This document shows positions 11,986-24,273 of a stretch of DNA of 64,000 nt, piece by piece. Within the stretch, counting starts at the first letter, position 1. Every line of letters starts with the position of its first letter. Under the pieces are notes generated by a model. That model had not been told where the DNA came from. It searched no databases and was given only the letters and a program-made list of their open reading frames with translations. This DNA comes from Macrostomum lignano (lineage: Eukaryota): the NCBI GenBank assembly GCA_002269645.1, contig NIVC01002064.1, positions 1-64,000 of the forward strand, written 5' to 3'. The translations under genes were made by a program, and so were the position numbers.

Positions 11986-13259
11986 GCAAATGCATTTCCT
12001 GCAAATCCCATATACTAATTTTAGTCAAAGCGGCAAATATGAGTACAAAGACATTTATCAAGTTTTGGAGGCAGACAATAAAACGGATGAAAACACATAC
12101 TAAGATTGCCCAGGGCACCTTGCAGTCAGTCTGTCGAGCCAGCAGAGTGAGATTTATTCGTGTGTTGTTTGCTGACAAATTCTTGCATTTTTTCATTGTG
12201 GTTACACTGCTGGCTACTGCAGTTACTAAGTAATTATTAGTCAACACTAGTCAGTAGTGAGCTACGAGTACATGTATAGACCTCTCCAGTGTATTTATAT
12301 TTATATGTGCTTGGCTAGACCGCACGAAATAGCGAATATAAAAAACCGACTAATTGATAAATTAAAATACAACAAAATAGCCAGTATAAACTATAGTGAA
12401 AATTTATTTTATGCTCTACTGATAGTAGACACACGAGTACAATAAAAATCCACGAAGAAAATAATCAATAAAATGTATCCAATACAGTAGCTGTTCAACT
12501 AATCTAACACACGATACCGCATTCGAGCTAATAAAGAGCTCTTTAAAAAGAGAGTCAAATAAACAAATTTTGGTTCAGAATTAAGAGAGAAAAATAGACA
12601 AATATTGACTGAGAAAGTTTATCAGTTGTAAGTGAAGCAATCTTGCTTATTTATAAAAGTACAGGCTATCGAGTGAGAGAGTTCTTTATAGTAGAGGAGG
12701 AAAAGTAAGACACATGAAACTACAGCGATAACTTACTGTTTGCTGCTTTTATTCATAGTTTTGTTCCGTGAGAGATGAGACATGCCTTTTTCGGGAGTTA
12801 TATAACAAGGCCCAGACACAATGCAGGCACACATTTTTTAATCCGTCATATCTACTCAAAGCCTGGGACCTTAGGCACTCCGGATAGGTCTAAAATAATT
12901 GACTGCTATAGCAATTCAACTGTGCAATCATTTTGGTCTGAGGGTCACAGGGACCGATCAAGATATCTCTTTGGGGATCAGCTGTTTTGCTCCAGCAGGG
13001 ATTATTTTATCGTTTCATTGAATTTTAGAGAAATAGCTCTCTCAAAATTCGAGTTTTATCCCGGTTCCATGTCCCGGATCAACTGCTAAATGGAAACAAA
13101 AGCTTCGTATTTTGAACGCACATACTCTCGTCATCAGCCTTAAAAATTGATTATTAATTGTCAATAGATAGCTAAACAACTGGGCAATCTCGCGATAAAA
13201 TTTTATCGCTAACTCTATTTCACTTCGCAACATCCTTGTCTGAAAAACTGCTCGAGCAC

Positions 13260-14267
13260 TCAGTTGAACAGCCGGTTGATGACGTCGGCGGTCAGGTAGA
13301 AGTTGGACACGGCCAGCATCTTCACGGTGCCGTTTATTTTGGAGTAGGAGCCAGTCAGAGCGCGCCAGCCGATCTTCATGCAGAAGTTGTCGATTTTGGC
13401 ATAGTTGACGTTGTATAGAGACACTTGGCTGTCGGGAATGAAAGACCCGTCAACGAACAGTCGGGTCCTGTTCATGATCATCGAAATATCGAACGTGGCG
13501 CCGACTCGGACGAACTGGTCACTTCGAATTGGGAGCACCTGGTTAGTGGAGATCAAGTTCCGGTGTCCGGTTTGAATGTAGAGCTTGCGAGTCGAATCGA
13601 GCAGGTCCCATTCCCATAAGTGGAGCCAGACTTGATTGTAAGAGCTGCAGTCTGTGAGATCGATGAACGCGTTCGAACTCGGCTGCCTCTTCAGCTCCAT
13701 CAGAAACGTGAAGCTGTTGCTGAAGTTGAATCCGCTGGTGTCGCTTACCCACATCCTGGATGTCAGGCCGTCCATCTTGGCGCCCTCGTCAGTCCAAGTC
13801 ACTCCGGTGTGCTCGATCACGTTCTTCTGTCCGCCATCGCTGCACACGAGGTTCTCGAGCTGCTCGCCTCTGCCTCCGAGCCACACGGCCGCAAAGTGTC
13901 GATTGGCGGTGAGCACGTCAAGCTCGGAGTCCACCACGAGCTCGCACGAGTTGGTCTCGTCCGATGGCCAGCCAGCGGGGCTGCTCAGGTTGAGCAGGTG
14001 GCAGACTCGGCTGAAGAGAAACAGCAAACAGGTGGCAGTTCGCGAGTTCCATTGGGCCACCGCTATGCCTGGCAGAGTTTGCTGACGACTCAGAAAGACG
14101 CACTGCAGAATGGAGACGGCCGGGCTGGGGAGGGTCCAGTCTGACAAGGACTTGTTGAGGCAGATGCGTTGGATTACCGGGTAGCGAGTTCCAGAGTTGG
14201 TGCCAGCGGTAGAGATGCAGAGCAGAACAGACGCAACAAAGGCAAGCAGCAACCGGTGGAGAGCCAT
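13260..14267 (-). CDS. Intronless secreted protein, 335 aa: signal peptide + PAN/apple-like Cys region + C-terminal laminin-G/concanavalin-A-like domain
   Basis: Unbroken GC-rich ORF from ATG to TGA. Hydrophobic N-terminus MALHRLLLAFVASVLLCISTAG. PAN-like spacing (ICLNK...LQCVFL...WNSRTATCLLF). LamG-type features: VRVGATFD, TRLFVDG, MKIGW and the terminal INGTVKMLAVSNFYLTADVINRLF. Confidence 0.75.
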   Translation of the reverse strand: MALHRLLLAFVASVLLCISTAGTNSGTRYPVIQRICLNKSLSDWTLPSPAVSILQCVFLSRQQTLPGIAVAQWNSRTATCLLFLFSRVCHLLNLSSPAGWPSDETNSCELVVDSELDVLTANRHFAAVWLGGRGEQLENLVCSDGGQKNVIEHTGVTWTDEGAKMDGLTSRMWVSDTSGFNFSNSFTFLMELKRQPSSNAFIDLTDCSSYNQVWLHLWEWDLLDSTRKLYIQTGHRNLISTNQVLPIRSDQFVRVGATFDISMIMNRTRLFVDGSFIPDSQVSLYNVNYAKIDNFCMKIGWRALTGSYSKINGTVKMLAVSNFYLTADVINRLFN

Positions 14268-14336
14268 GATTCTCTTGATTTGAAAATTGGTTTTCCGTTT
14301 GAAAATGCTGAGTATTTGATGGGCTTAAAATGCTGT

Positions 14337-14350
14337 ATCGCTATGGTAAC
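14337..14350. promoter_or_regulatory. Candidate RFX X-box
   Basis: ATCGCTATGGTAAC matches the RTHNYYWTRRNRAC consensus at all 14 positions, 70 bp upstream of the ATG at 14267. Confidence 0.45.
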
Positions 14351-15148
14351 AATCACAACAGCAGCTCAGGCTGATTCGCACGTGGGTGGATGCGTGACGG
14401 AAAATCTATCGAGCGATTTAAAAGCTTCAAACAATAAAATAAAAGAGTTAAATTATTTATCAACAGGGGACGACAATGAAGAGATGGACTGAGGGTTGGC
14501 TGTCATACAGTTAATGGCTTTGCAGCATCCCTCTTAGCCTTCTCTCCTCTGCTGCGGCAGGAGAGACCAAGCCGCCAAAATCCCGTGGGAGTGGGGAGCT
14601 TGCAACTAGGAGGGGAAGGGGGTCGTTATGCTTCATGTATCAAGCATTTATTTCACTTAGCAGCAACTGCATCAGGGGAGGTGGATTGCACTTTCAGCTT
14701 TGGAGGCCTCAGCTGAGTTTAAAATTGTAGTGCCGGTGCTGAGGCACGCGGACGCATCAACTCGAATGGTCGCTATCTCAGATTTTCATTTAAGGGAGAA
14801 AGCAACCTGCAGGGGCGTCAGCACTTGCCAAACCTGCTGGAAAGAGCAGGCACCTATTTACCACAGTATACACCAGAATGAATAGTAGTAGCTCGTAAAT
14901 CAATCATTGGGAATGTTTAAAATGTGGCAAATTCTATCCTCACCGTTTTTTAAACCTTCTTTAGGCTTGATTACGAGCGTAAGCCCTACGCTGTACATGC
15001 AGCGATAAAGTTTCATTCATGCATCTGCGGATCCAACCACAAAGTGTCTCAGAATCCGCACCGTCAGCATTGGTGCATTTGAAACGGACTGTTGCATTGT
15101 TGGATTATTGGCAACGGATGCCCTACACTCCCCTGAACGGATGTTGAT

Positions 15149-16476
15149 TGTCTGTCTGTCTGTCTGTCTTAGTGTCTGTCTGTCTGTCTTAGTGTCTGTC
15201 TGTCTGTCTTAGTGTCTGTCTGTCTTAGTGTCTGTCTATCTTAGTGTCTTAGTGTCTGTCTATCTTAGTGTCTGTCTGTCTGTCTTAGTGTCTGTCTGTC
15301 TGTCTTAGTGTCTGTCTATCTTAGTGTCTGTCTGTCTGTCTGTCTGTCTGTCTTAGTGTCTGTCTATCTTAGTGTCTTAGTGTCTGTCTATCTTAGTGTC
15401 TGTCTGTCTGTCTTAGTGTCTGTCTGTCTGTCTTAGTGTCTGTCTATCTTAGTGTCTGTCTGTCTGTCTGTCTGTCTGTCTTAGTGTCTGTCTATCTTAG
15501 TGTCTGTCTGTCTGTCTTAGTATCTGTCTGTCTGTCTTAGTGTCTGTCTATCTTAGTGTCTGTCTATCTTAGTGTCTGTCTATCTTAGTGTCTTAGTGTC
15601 TGTCTATCTTAGTGTCTGTCTGTCTGTCTTAGTATCTGTCTGTCTGTCTTAGTGTCTGTCTATCTTAGTGTCTGTCTATCTTAGTGTCTTAGTGTCTGTC
15701 TGTCTGTCTGTCTGTCTGTCTTAGTGTCTGTCTATCTTAGTGTCTGTCTGTCTGTCTTAGTATCTGTCTGTCTGTCTTAGTGTCTGTCTATCTTAGTGTC
15801 TGTCTATCTTAGTGTCTGTCTATCTTAGTGTCTTAGTGTCTGTCTATCTTAGTGTCTGTCTGTCTGTCTTAGTATCTGTCTGTCTGTCTTAGTGTCTGTC
15901 TATCTTAGTGTCTGTCTATCTTAGTGTCTGTCTATCTTAGTGTCTGTCTATCTTAGTGTCTTAGTGTCTGTCTATCTTAGTATCTGTCTATCTTAGTGTC
16001 TGTCTATCTTAGTGTCTTAGTGTCTGTCTATCTTAGTGTCTGTCTATCTTAGTGTCTTAGTGTCTGTCTATCTTAGTGTCTGTCTATCTTAGTGTCTGTC
16101 TATCTTAGTGTCTGTCTATCTTAGTGTCTGTCTATCTTAGTGTCTGTCTATCTTAGTGTCTGTCTGTCTGTCTGTCTGTCTGTCTTAGTGTCTGTCTATC
16201 TTAGTGTCTTAGTGTCTTTCTATCTTAGTGTCTGTCTGTCTGTCTTAGTATCTGTCTGTCTGTCTTAGTGTCTGTCTATCTTAGTGTCTGTCTATCTTAG
16301 TGTCTTAGTGCCTGTCTATCTTAGTGTCTGTCTATCTTAGTGTCTTAGTGTCTTAGTGCCTGTCTATCTTAGTGTCTGTCTATCTTAGTGTCTGTCTATC
16401 TTAGTGTCTGTCTATCTTAGTGTCTGTCTATCTTAGTGTCTGTCTATCTTAGTGTCTTAGTGTCTTAGTGTCTTAG

Positions 16477-16533
<57 letters not shown>

Positions 16534-16572
16534 GCCTGTCTGTCTGTCTGTCTGTCTTAGTGTCTTAGTGCC

Positions 16573-16668
<96 letters not shown>

Positions 16669-16684
16669 CGCCTACCTGCCTGTC
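15149..16684. repeat. Compound (GTCT)n / GTCTGTCTATCTTAGT satellite, ~1.5 kb
   Basis: Direct reading. Confidence 0.95.
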
Positions 16685-17413
16685 TTTCTACTGAACTGCA
16701 CTATTTATACCCTATTTGTTTATTCGCCTTTTTCTCCCTACTCCGAGCGGAGCGTCCACATTATCGCCCTGTCCAATATATTTTACGTTCACCAGAATTT
16801 GATTAATCACCTTCGCGAAATACCCCTGACTAGAATCGTGGATGCTGCGAAGAAGCGAAGAAGCCGCTGTAAAAAATCTTTCCAATCCAGTGAATATCGG
16901 GGCTCCGCCCCAGACTCTGCAGGTCAGGCGATTCTGTTTCGTATATGCACACCCGAAGCCAATGAAAGCTAGTGCTGCCATGCAAGGCTGGTTATGCTAA
17001 TCTTAATCTGTTCGTGAGAACTCGGATTACTGACTTGGCTTTGAGTAAACTGCGTGGTACCGCGAATTCAGCGGTTCTCAATTAGATATTAATAGCGTTT
17101 ATTCTTAAATATTAAAGTATTAATTATGAAAAGTACATCTTTGCGTTTTTGTAAACTTTCGATGTTTTCAAAGTATCTAAAAGAAGCACAAAACAAAATT
17201 TGACAGCACATTAACTACAGCCTAAAACATAGACTAGGGCGTGCACACGTTTTCGTCGGACATCGAACTTCTACAAAGTTTTGCTGTCCGAGAAATTACT
17301 TCGTACAAGTTGAACAGCCATCGGAGTGGATTGAGGAGTCATTGGTAGAGCAAGTTGGGTCGTTGGTTACTAATTTATTTACACGTACGAATAGTCAGTT
17401 GCCAGACATGTAG

Positions 17414-17865
17414 TCAGGCATGGCATGTGCAGTCTGCGCTGGTGTCGAGCAATTTTTTTTCAACTTTGCCGTCCACTGCAGACTTGCTGACAACCACAAC
17501 ATCTTTCTCGCCGTAGACCTCGACGTGGAACAGGGTCTCCCGCTTGTGGCTCATCTCCACTTTGGCCAGCTTGGCCAGCCGGCAGCTGAGGATGCTGCTG
17601 ACTATGCAGACCAGACACTCGGTGCCGGAGGCGCCCAGCGCGCACAGAAGCAGCACGTCAAGGTTCTCCTTCTGGTAGGTGTGCCCGTCGGTGGTGTGGT
17701 TGACCAGACCGAGCCGCAGCAGCTGGATGCTGATGACAGCTGTCAGGAGTGACACCACGGAAAAGGCCGAGAAGCACAGGATCTGCCGGGGTTTTCAACG
17801 AGAGGATTGATGTAGTGTCTGTCCGGCTCTGGGTGCACCTGTCTCTGCCTGTCTGTCCGTCTTCC

Positions 17866-17926
<61 letters not shown>

Positions 17927-17969
17927 GCCTGTCTGTCTGTCTGTCTGCCTGTCTGTCTGTCTGTCTGCC

Positions 17970-18018
<49 letters not shown>

Positions 18019-21000
18019 TTCTTTCCGCCTGTCTGCTTGTGTTTATGTTGTTCTGACCCAATTTTTTTTTGTATTTATCTGCCCATGTTGTTTTGTCCTT
18101 CTTAGTGCTGTTCTCCGATCTGCGCCCGATCGCCCGCCTTGTCCGAGATTAACTCGTGGCAGCTTCAAGCATGTCACCCCTGGCTACCTCTCACTTGGCA
18201 GCAGCAAAAGCCCGACGCCGGGTTAAATTTCATTCGGATTGAACAGTAGCTGTAGGCTCGGGCAATTTATTCGTAGTTATTGATTAGGATGCACACACGC
18301 TCGTTCAGAAAGTTCATCTCATCGTATTTTACAGACGGACATCGAGTCCTCACTGATATCCATGCAGAGCTCAATCATGCAAATGGCTCTTTATCGAAGA
18401 AGGGTTTCTTAGTTCGATTCCGATTTGACTTTGAAGTTCTCATGTAGTCTTTTTCCTCGGCCTAACAACATGCTTTCAAGCCTAATCTCTTTTGAAGTCT
18501 TTTGATCTTTCTCTCCGTGTCGTGTTTAATATTGGATGAGCCCTCTAGTCAGCTGACATTCAGGGCTAGCGACGTATTTAAAAAGGACAGACAGCAGGCA
18601 GGTGAAACTATGTAATTTGAAATTAGAACTTACAATGTAAATTGTCTGCCGCCTCACGCATGCCACTCCAATCATGCCGGTTACAAAGAACTGAAATTTA
18701 TTTTATAAAAATTGATTGCAAATAATGAAAAGGGGGTGAGGCGGCTGGATAGTGAAGTGGCTGGGGAGTGAGATTGCTGGAGAGTGAGGTGGCTGAGGAG
18801 TGGGGTGGCCGGAGAGTGAGATGGCTGGGGAGGGAGGTGGCCGGGGAGGGAGGTGGCCAGAGAGCGAGGTGGCCGGAGAGGGAGGTGGCCGGAGAGTGAG
18901 GTGATTGGAGAGTGAGATGGCTGGAGAGTGAAGTGGTTGGAGAGTGAGGTGGTTGTAGAGTGAGGTGGCCGGTGAGTGAGGTGGATGGGGAGTGAAGTGG
19001 CTGGGTGCCGTGGGTGGGGAGTGAGTGGCTGGGGAGTGAGGTGGCTGGGGAATGAGGTTGCTGCGAAATGAGATTGCCGGGGAGTGAGGTGGCTGGAGAG
19101 TGAGATGGCTGGGGAGGAAGGTGGCCGGGGAGGGAGGTGGCCGGAGAGCGAGGTGGCCGGAGAGTGAGGTGATTGGAGAGTGAGGTGGCTGGAGAGTGAG
19201 ATAACTGGAGAGTGAGGTGGCTGAGGAGTGGGGTGGTTTGGGAATGAGGTGGCTGAGGAGTGGGGTGGTTTGGGAATGAGGTGGCTGGGGAATGAGGTGG
19301 CTGGGGAATGAGGTTGCTGGGGAATGAGGTGGCTGGGGAATGATGTGGCTGGGGAGTGAGGTGGCTGGGTAGTGAAATTTCCGGAGAGTGAGGTGGCTGG
19401 AGAGTGAGGTGGTTGGGGAGTGAAGTGGCTGGGGAGTGAGGTGGCTGGGGAGTGAGGAGGCTGGGTAGTGAAATTTCCGGAGAGTGAGGTGGCCGGGGAG
19501 TGAGGTGGATGGGGAGTGAAGTGGCTGGGGAGTGAGGTGGCTGGGGAGTGAGGAGGCTGGAGAGTGAGGTGGCCGGTGAGTGAGGTGGATGGGGAGTGAA
19601 GTGGCTGGGGAGTGAGGTGGCTGGGGAGTGAGGTGGCTGGGGAGTGAGGTGGCTGGGGAGTGAGGTGGCTGTGGAGTGCTGTATAAAATAGCTACAGTTA
19701 GTATGGAGCTCCGGGCAGATCTGCGCTGTAAAATAAAGGAAACTACACGACCGCTGAATATTCCTGGCCCTTCAAAGTGCATGCTCACTGACTATAGCAC
19801 TTCTCACTTTCTTTCTTATTAAACCGGCACGCATATTGATTGCCAGTGGCACTCGTCAAGTTGGCCAGCTCGAGTGAGCCTTCGGGCGCGTCGGATTCAA
19901 GTGCCGGCAGATCTTCAGTTACAGCTAGCTAAAGTACTCTGCTTTGAGTTGAAGATTGAAGCGAAGATTTTTCCACTCTCAAATTTCGTCACCATGCAGC
20001 TCAAGTGGCACGGCGGGTCGGGGGGAGGAGGGACGACTGGCTCATGCGATAGGAAGCTGTCGAATATTGAAAAATTGCGTTGAATTCGGTTGACTTTGTC
20101 GAAGTGGACAGATATTTACCACCGCATCGCAAATGCATGTGCTTCTTATGTAAGGCATACAGTGCATTCTCCATTGCGCATAACACATGTCTCATCACTT
20201 AACTGGTACTGGTTGACAATGTGCCAGCTTCTTGAGTATAATCTTTCCCGTTTCCTGCAGTCAAATCGCACCCCTTCCGCTTCTTCAGTATAATATCTCC
20301 CCTATCTTTTCTCAGATCTAATTTCTCCCCTATCTTTTCTCAGATCTAATTTCTCCCCTATCTTTTCTCAGATCTAATCTCTCCCCTATCTTTTCTCAGA
20401 TCTAATCTCTCCCCTATCTTTTCTCAGATCTAATCTCTCCCCAATCTTTTCTCTGATCTAATCTCTCCCCTATCTTTTCTCAGATCTAATCTCTCCCCTA
20501 TCTTTTCTCAGATCTAATCTCTCCCCTATCTTTTCTCAGATCTAATCTCTCCCCAATCTTTTCTCTGATCTAATCTCTCCCCTATCTTTTCTCAGATCTA
20601 ATCTCTCCCCAATCTTTTCTCTGATCTAATCCCTCCCCTATCTTTTCTCTGATCTAATTCCTCCCCTTTTCTACCTCAGATCTAATCTCTCTCCTTTCTT
20701 ACCTCAGATCTAATCTCTCTCCTTTCCTTTCTCAGATCTAATCTCTCCCCTTTTCTACCTCAGATCTAATCTCTCTCCTTTCCTACCTCAGATCTAATCT
20801 CTCTCCTTTCCTACCTCAGATCTAATATTTCTCCTTTCCTACCTCAGATCTAATATTTCTCCTTTCCTACCTCAGATCTAATCTCTCTCCTTTCCTACCT
20901 CAGATCTAATCTCTCCCCTTTTCTAAATCAGATCTAATCTCTCTCCTTTCCTACCTCAGATCTAATCTCTCTCCTTTCCTACCTCAGATCTAATCTCTCT

Positions 21001-21451
21001 CCTTTCCTACATCAGATCTAATCTCTCTCCTTTCCTGCCTCAGATCTAATATCTCCCCTTTTCTAAATCAGATCTAATCTCTCTCCTTTCCTACCTCAGA
21101 TCTAATCTCTCTCCTTTCCTACATCAGATCTAATCTCTCTCCTTTCCTACCTCAGATCTAATCTCTCCCCTATCTTTTCTCAGATCTAATCTCTCTCCTT
21201 TCCTGCCTCAGATCTAATCTCTCCCATATCTTTTCTCAGATCTAATCTCTGTCCTTTTCTACCTCTTTCCCCAACGTTTGACCTAGCGAACTCACAAATC
21301 CGCCAGACCAGATGGGCGACACCCGGTGCGCCATCCAGACCACAGCCTCGATGGTGGAGATGGTGCCCAGCACGATGGACAGCGAGCCGAGCGCGATGTG
21401 CGTGATGGCCAGCACTAGCACAGTCAGCAGCACCGACTGGTAGAGGTTCAT
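17414..21451 (-). CDS. TMEM196: TMEM196-like four-transmembrane protein (CD20/MS4A-related), 3 exons, 193 aa
   Basis: Exons 21451-21296 (MNLYQ...SPIWSGGF, donor GTGAGT), 18690-18634 (57 nt, FFVTGMIGVACVRRQTIYI, TTTCAG/GTAAGT) and 17782-17414 (ILCFSAFSVVSLL...SCRLA...TGA), all phase 0. SPxWSG and CRLA match the TMEM196 family as remembered; the symbol is tentative. Confidence 0.8.
17840..18035. repeat. (GTCT)n microsatellite in intron 2 of the TMEM196-like gene
   Basis: Direct reading. Confidence 0.9.
18735..19678. repeat. 16-bp G-rich minisatellite (GGGGAGTGAGGTGGCT), intron 1 of the TMEM196-like gene
   Basis: Direct reading. Confidence 0.9.
20293..21262. repeat. 28-bp minisatellite (CTCTCCCCTATCTTTTCTCAGATCTAAT), intron 1 of the TMEM196-like gene
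   Basis: Direct reading; the unit shifts to a CTTTCCTACCTCAGATCT variant from ~20660. Confidence 0.95.
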
Positions 21452-22289
21452 GCGAAATCTTTGCAAATTGTTAATAAAGCAAGTCAGGAAGCCAGACAAA
21501 CAAAGCAACGGCGGACAAAGTGGCGCATTAGACAGTGCTGAGTAATAAGAGCTGCTAGCAGTCAAGGGAACAGAAGTCAGCAGAAATTAATGAATATACA
21601 CGCACGTATATACACAGTTGAGAAATGGAGAGGCAACGGGAGAACTCAATAGAGTGGAGATAGACAGAGGCAGAGGGGAATAAGGAGAAACGCGAAAACA
21701 CAATCACGCCCCCGTGCGACATTCGCGCACGCGCGAGAGAGCTAGACTTGCCCTTTAATCAACAGTGAGCTGCTTAGGGAGGGTGAGGCAGCAACGCACA
21801 AGCCCGCACGGCCTTGTGAATGCCCAGTAATAGAGAGCGCGGAGAGATGAGGCGCTGGGGAAGCTGACGAAAAGGGCGGCTGCAGTTGGTTAACGCTGAG
21901 GACTAGTGCTCCGGATCGATAAGTCTCATTAATACGCCGGCCTTACAGATTCCTCAGTCCTCCTTCTCATTTTTGCATAGCTAGCGACTGCATAGGGATG
22001 CGACTTGCCGCCTCGGACATAATCAGAATCCCTCTAATGGTCCCCCGAACAGAGGTGAAGCCAATGCACTGACGCGAAAGGAAGGCAAACAGGGCCGACG
22101 GCACGGGAAACTGCAGGCCCGCGTGTCCGAAAGACTCGAAGTGTCCCGCTGTGTAGCTGGTGTCGGATTTTTCACATCGTAAAACTCTATGCGTAACGAC
22201 GCTGATCAAATAACTGCTGCCCCAATATGCTTGCTTGTCTACGAAGTTACAAAGGCTATAGAATAGAGTTTAATAACTACTCGAACAGC

Positions 22290-23582
22290 TAGGGACACAG
22301 GGACAGCCAGACACACAGGGGACAGACAGAGACACACAGGGACAGCCAGGGACACACAGGGGACAGCCAGACACACAGGGGACAGACAGAGACACACAGG
22401 GACAGCCAGGGACACACGAAGAGACAGCCAGAGACACGCAAGGGACAGCCAGAGACATACAGGGACAGCCAGAGACACAGGGACAGCCAGAGACACGCAA
22501 GGGACAGCCAGAGACACACAGGGAGTCAGGGACAGCCAGAGACACACAGAGACAGCCAGAGACACAAAGAGACAGCAAGAGATACAAAGAGACAGCCAGA
22601 GACACAAAGGGACAGCCAGAGACACACAGGGACAGCCAGAGACACACAGGGACAGCCAGAGACACAAAGAGACAGCAAGAGATACAAAGAGACAGCCAGA
22701 GACACAAAGGGACAGCCAGAGACACAAAGAGACAGCCAGAGACACACAGGGACAGCCAGAGACACAAAGAGACAGCAAGAGATACAAAGAGACAGCCAGA
22801 GACACAAAGGGACAGCCAGAGACACAAAGAGACAGCAAGAGATACAAAGAGACAGCCAGAGACACAAAGAGACAGCCAGAGACACAAAGGGACAGCCAGA
22901 GACACACAGGGACAGCCAGAGACACACAGGGACAGCCAGAGACACAAAGAGACAGCAAGAGATACAAAGGGACAGCCAGAGATACAAAGAGACAGCAAGA
23001 GATACAAAGAGACAGCCAGAGACACAAAGGGACAGCCAGAGACACACAGGGACAGCCAGAGACACACAGGGACAGCCATAGACACAAAGAGACAGCCAGA
23101 GACACACAGGGACAGCCAGAGACACACAGGGACAGCCAGAGACACAAAGAGACAGCCAGAGACACAAAGGGACAGCCAGAGACACACAGGGACAGCCAGA
23201 GACACACAGGGACAGCCAGAGACACAAAGAGACAGCAAGAGATACAAAGGGACAGCCAGAGATACAAAGAGACAGCAAGAGATACAAAGAGACAGCCAGA
23301 GACACAAAGGGACAGCCAGAGACACACAGGGACAGCCAGAGACACACAGGGACAGCCAGAGACACACAGGGACAGCCAGAGACACAAAGAGACAGCAAGA
23401 GATACAAAGGGACAGCCAGAGATACAAAGAGACAGCAAGAGATACAAAGAGACAGCCAGAGACACAAAGGGACAGCCAGAGACACACAGGGACAGCCAGA
23501 GACACACAGGGACAGCCAGAGACACAAAGAGACAGCCATAGACACAAAGAGACAGCCAGACACACATGGACAGACAGACACA
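22290..23582. repeat. 20-bp minisatellite (GACAGCCAGAGACACACAGG) with higher-order variants
   Basis: Direct reading; alternates with GACAGCAAGAGATACAAAGA. Confidence 0.95.
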
Positions 23583-24273
23583 CGACTGCGACATAAAAAT
23601 AACACGTGATGGAAACTAATTAGGGCTGACGTGACGCTCATTGTGAACCCAGTTTCTGTCCAGTAAGCAAAAATTACACGCAATTCACCGAAAGCGTCAA
23701 TATTTGAAAATTTGTGACAGCTGCAGTACATTGAAAAGAAATCGTCACAGCTGCTGAAATATCTGCTTTATTAAATCCATAAAAAACTTGGTGACACAAA
23801 AATTCTGTTTTAAAGCATAACTTTCTTTCCATAGAAACAAAAGTATAGTGGATGGGCTGGACACAGACTACTTACAAGTAGCAATAAATGTATAAAGTTA
23901 AGAGTTTAATAATTAAGCGATGCTTATTAAAACGAGATTATTTGTTAAGAGTGAAAATGTACTTTAATTCACAAAAACAAGCATATGTGCTGCATATAAA
24001 TAAAGTAAACAAAATTGTTGGACTGTTCTTTGTTTGACATTTAAAAATGCGAATAATGCACAGGCGGCTACTTTAGTGTCAATGTTTTCACAATCTACTG
24101 AAAGTAGGATTCTCAGTGCTTGAACAGACGCATCTAATAAAAATGATAGCTTTACTTAAAGTTGTATCGAGTGAAGTTTTTTTTCAAAGAAATGTTTTGC
24201 TGCTTTCCAAACTGTTTCTTGAGTAGCTCATATTCATATTTGATGATATGAGGTAGCTCATACTTAAAGAAGA

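Noticed and set aside
11924-12247. Minus-strand ORF with three N-glycosylation sequons and a hydrophobic stretch, like a GPCR N-terminus plus TM1
   Set aside because: No downstream exon continues it; all frames after the next acceptor stop within about 20 codons.
20293-21262. Each 28-bp unit contains a textbook acceptor (TTTTCTCAG) on the + strand
   Set aside because: The host gene is on the minus strand and no + strand exons were found nearby.
18703-23731. 361-, 451-, 437- and 401-aa ORFs
   Set aside because: They coincide with the 16-bp and 20-bp arrays.
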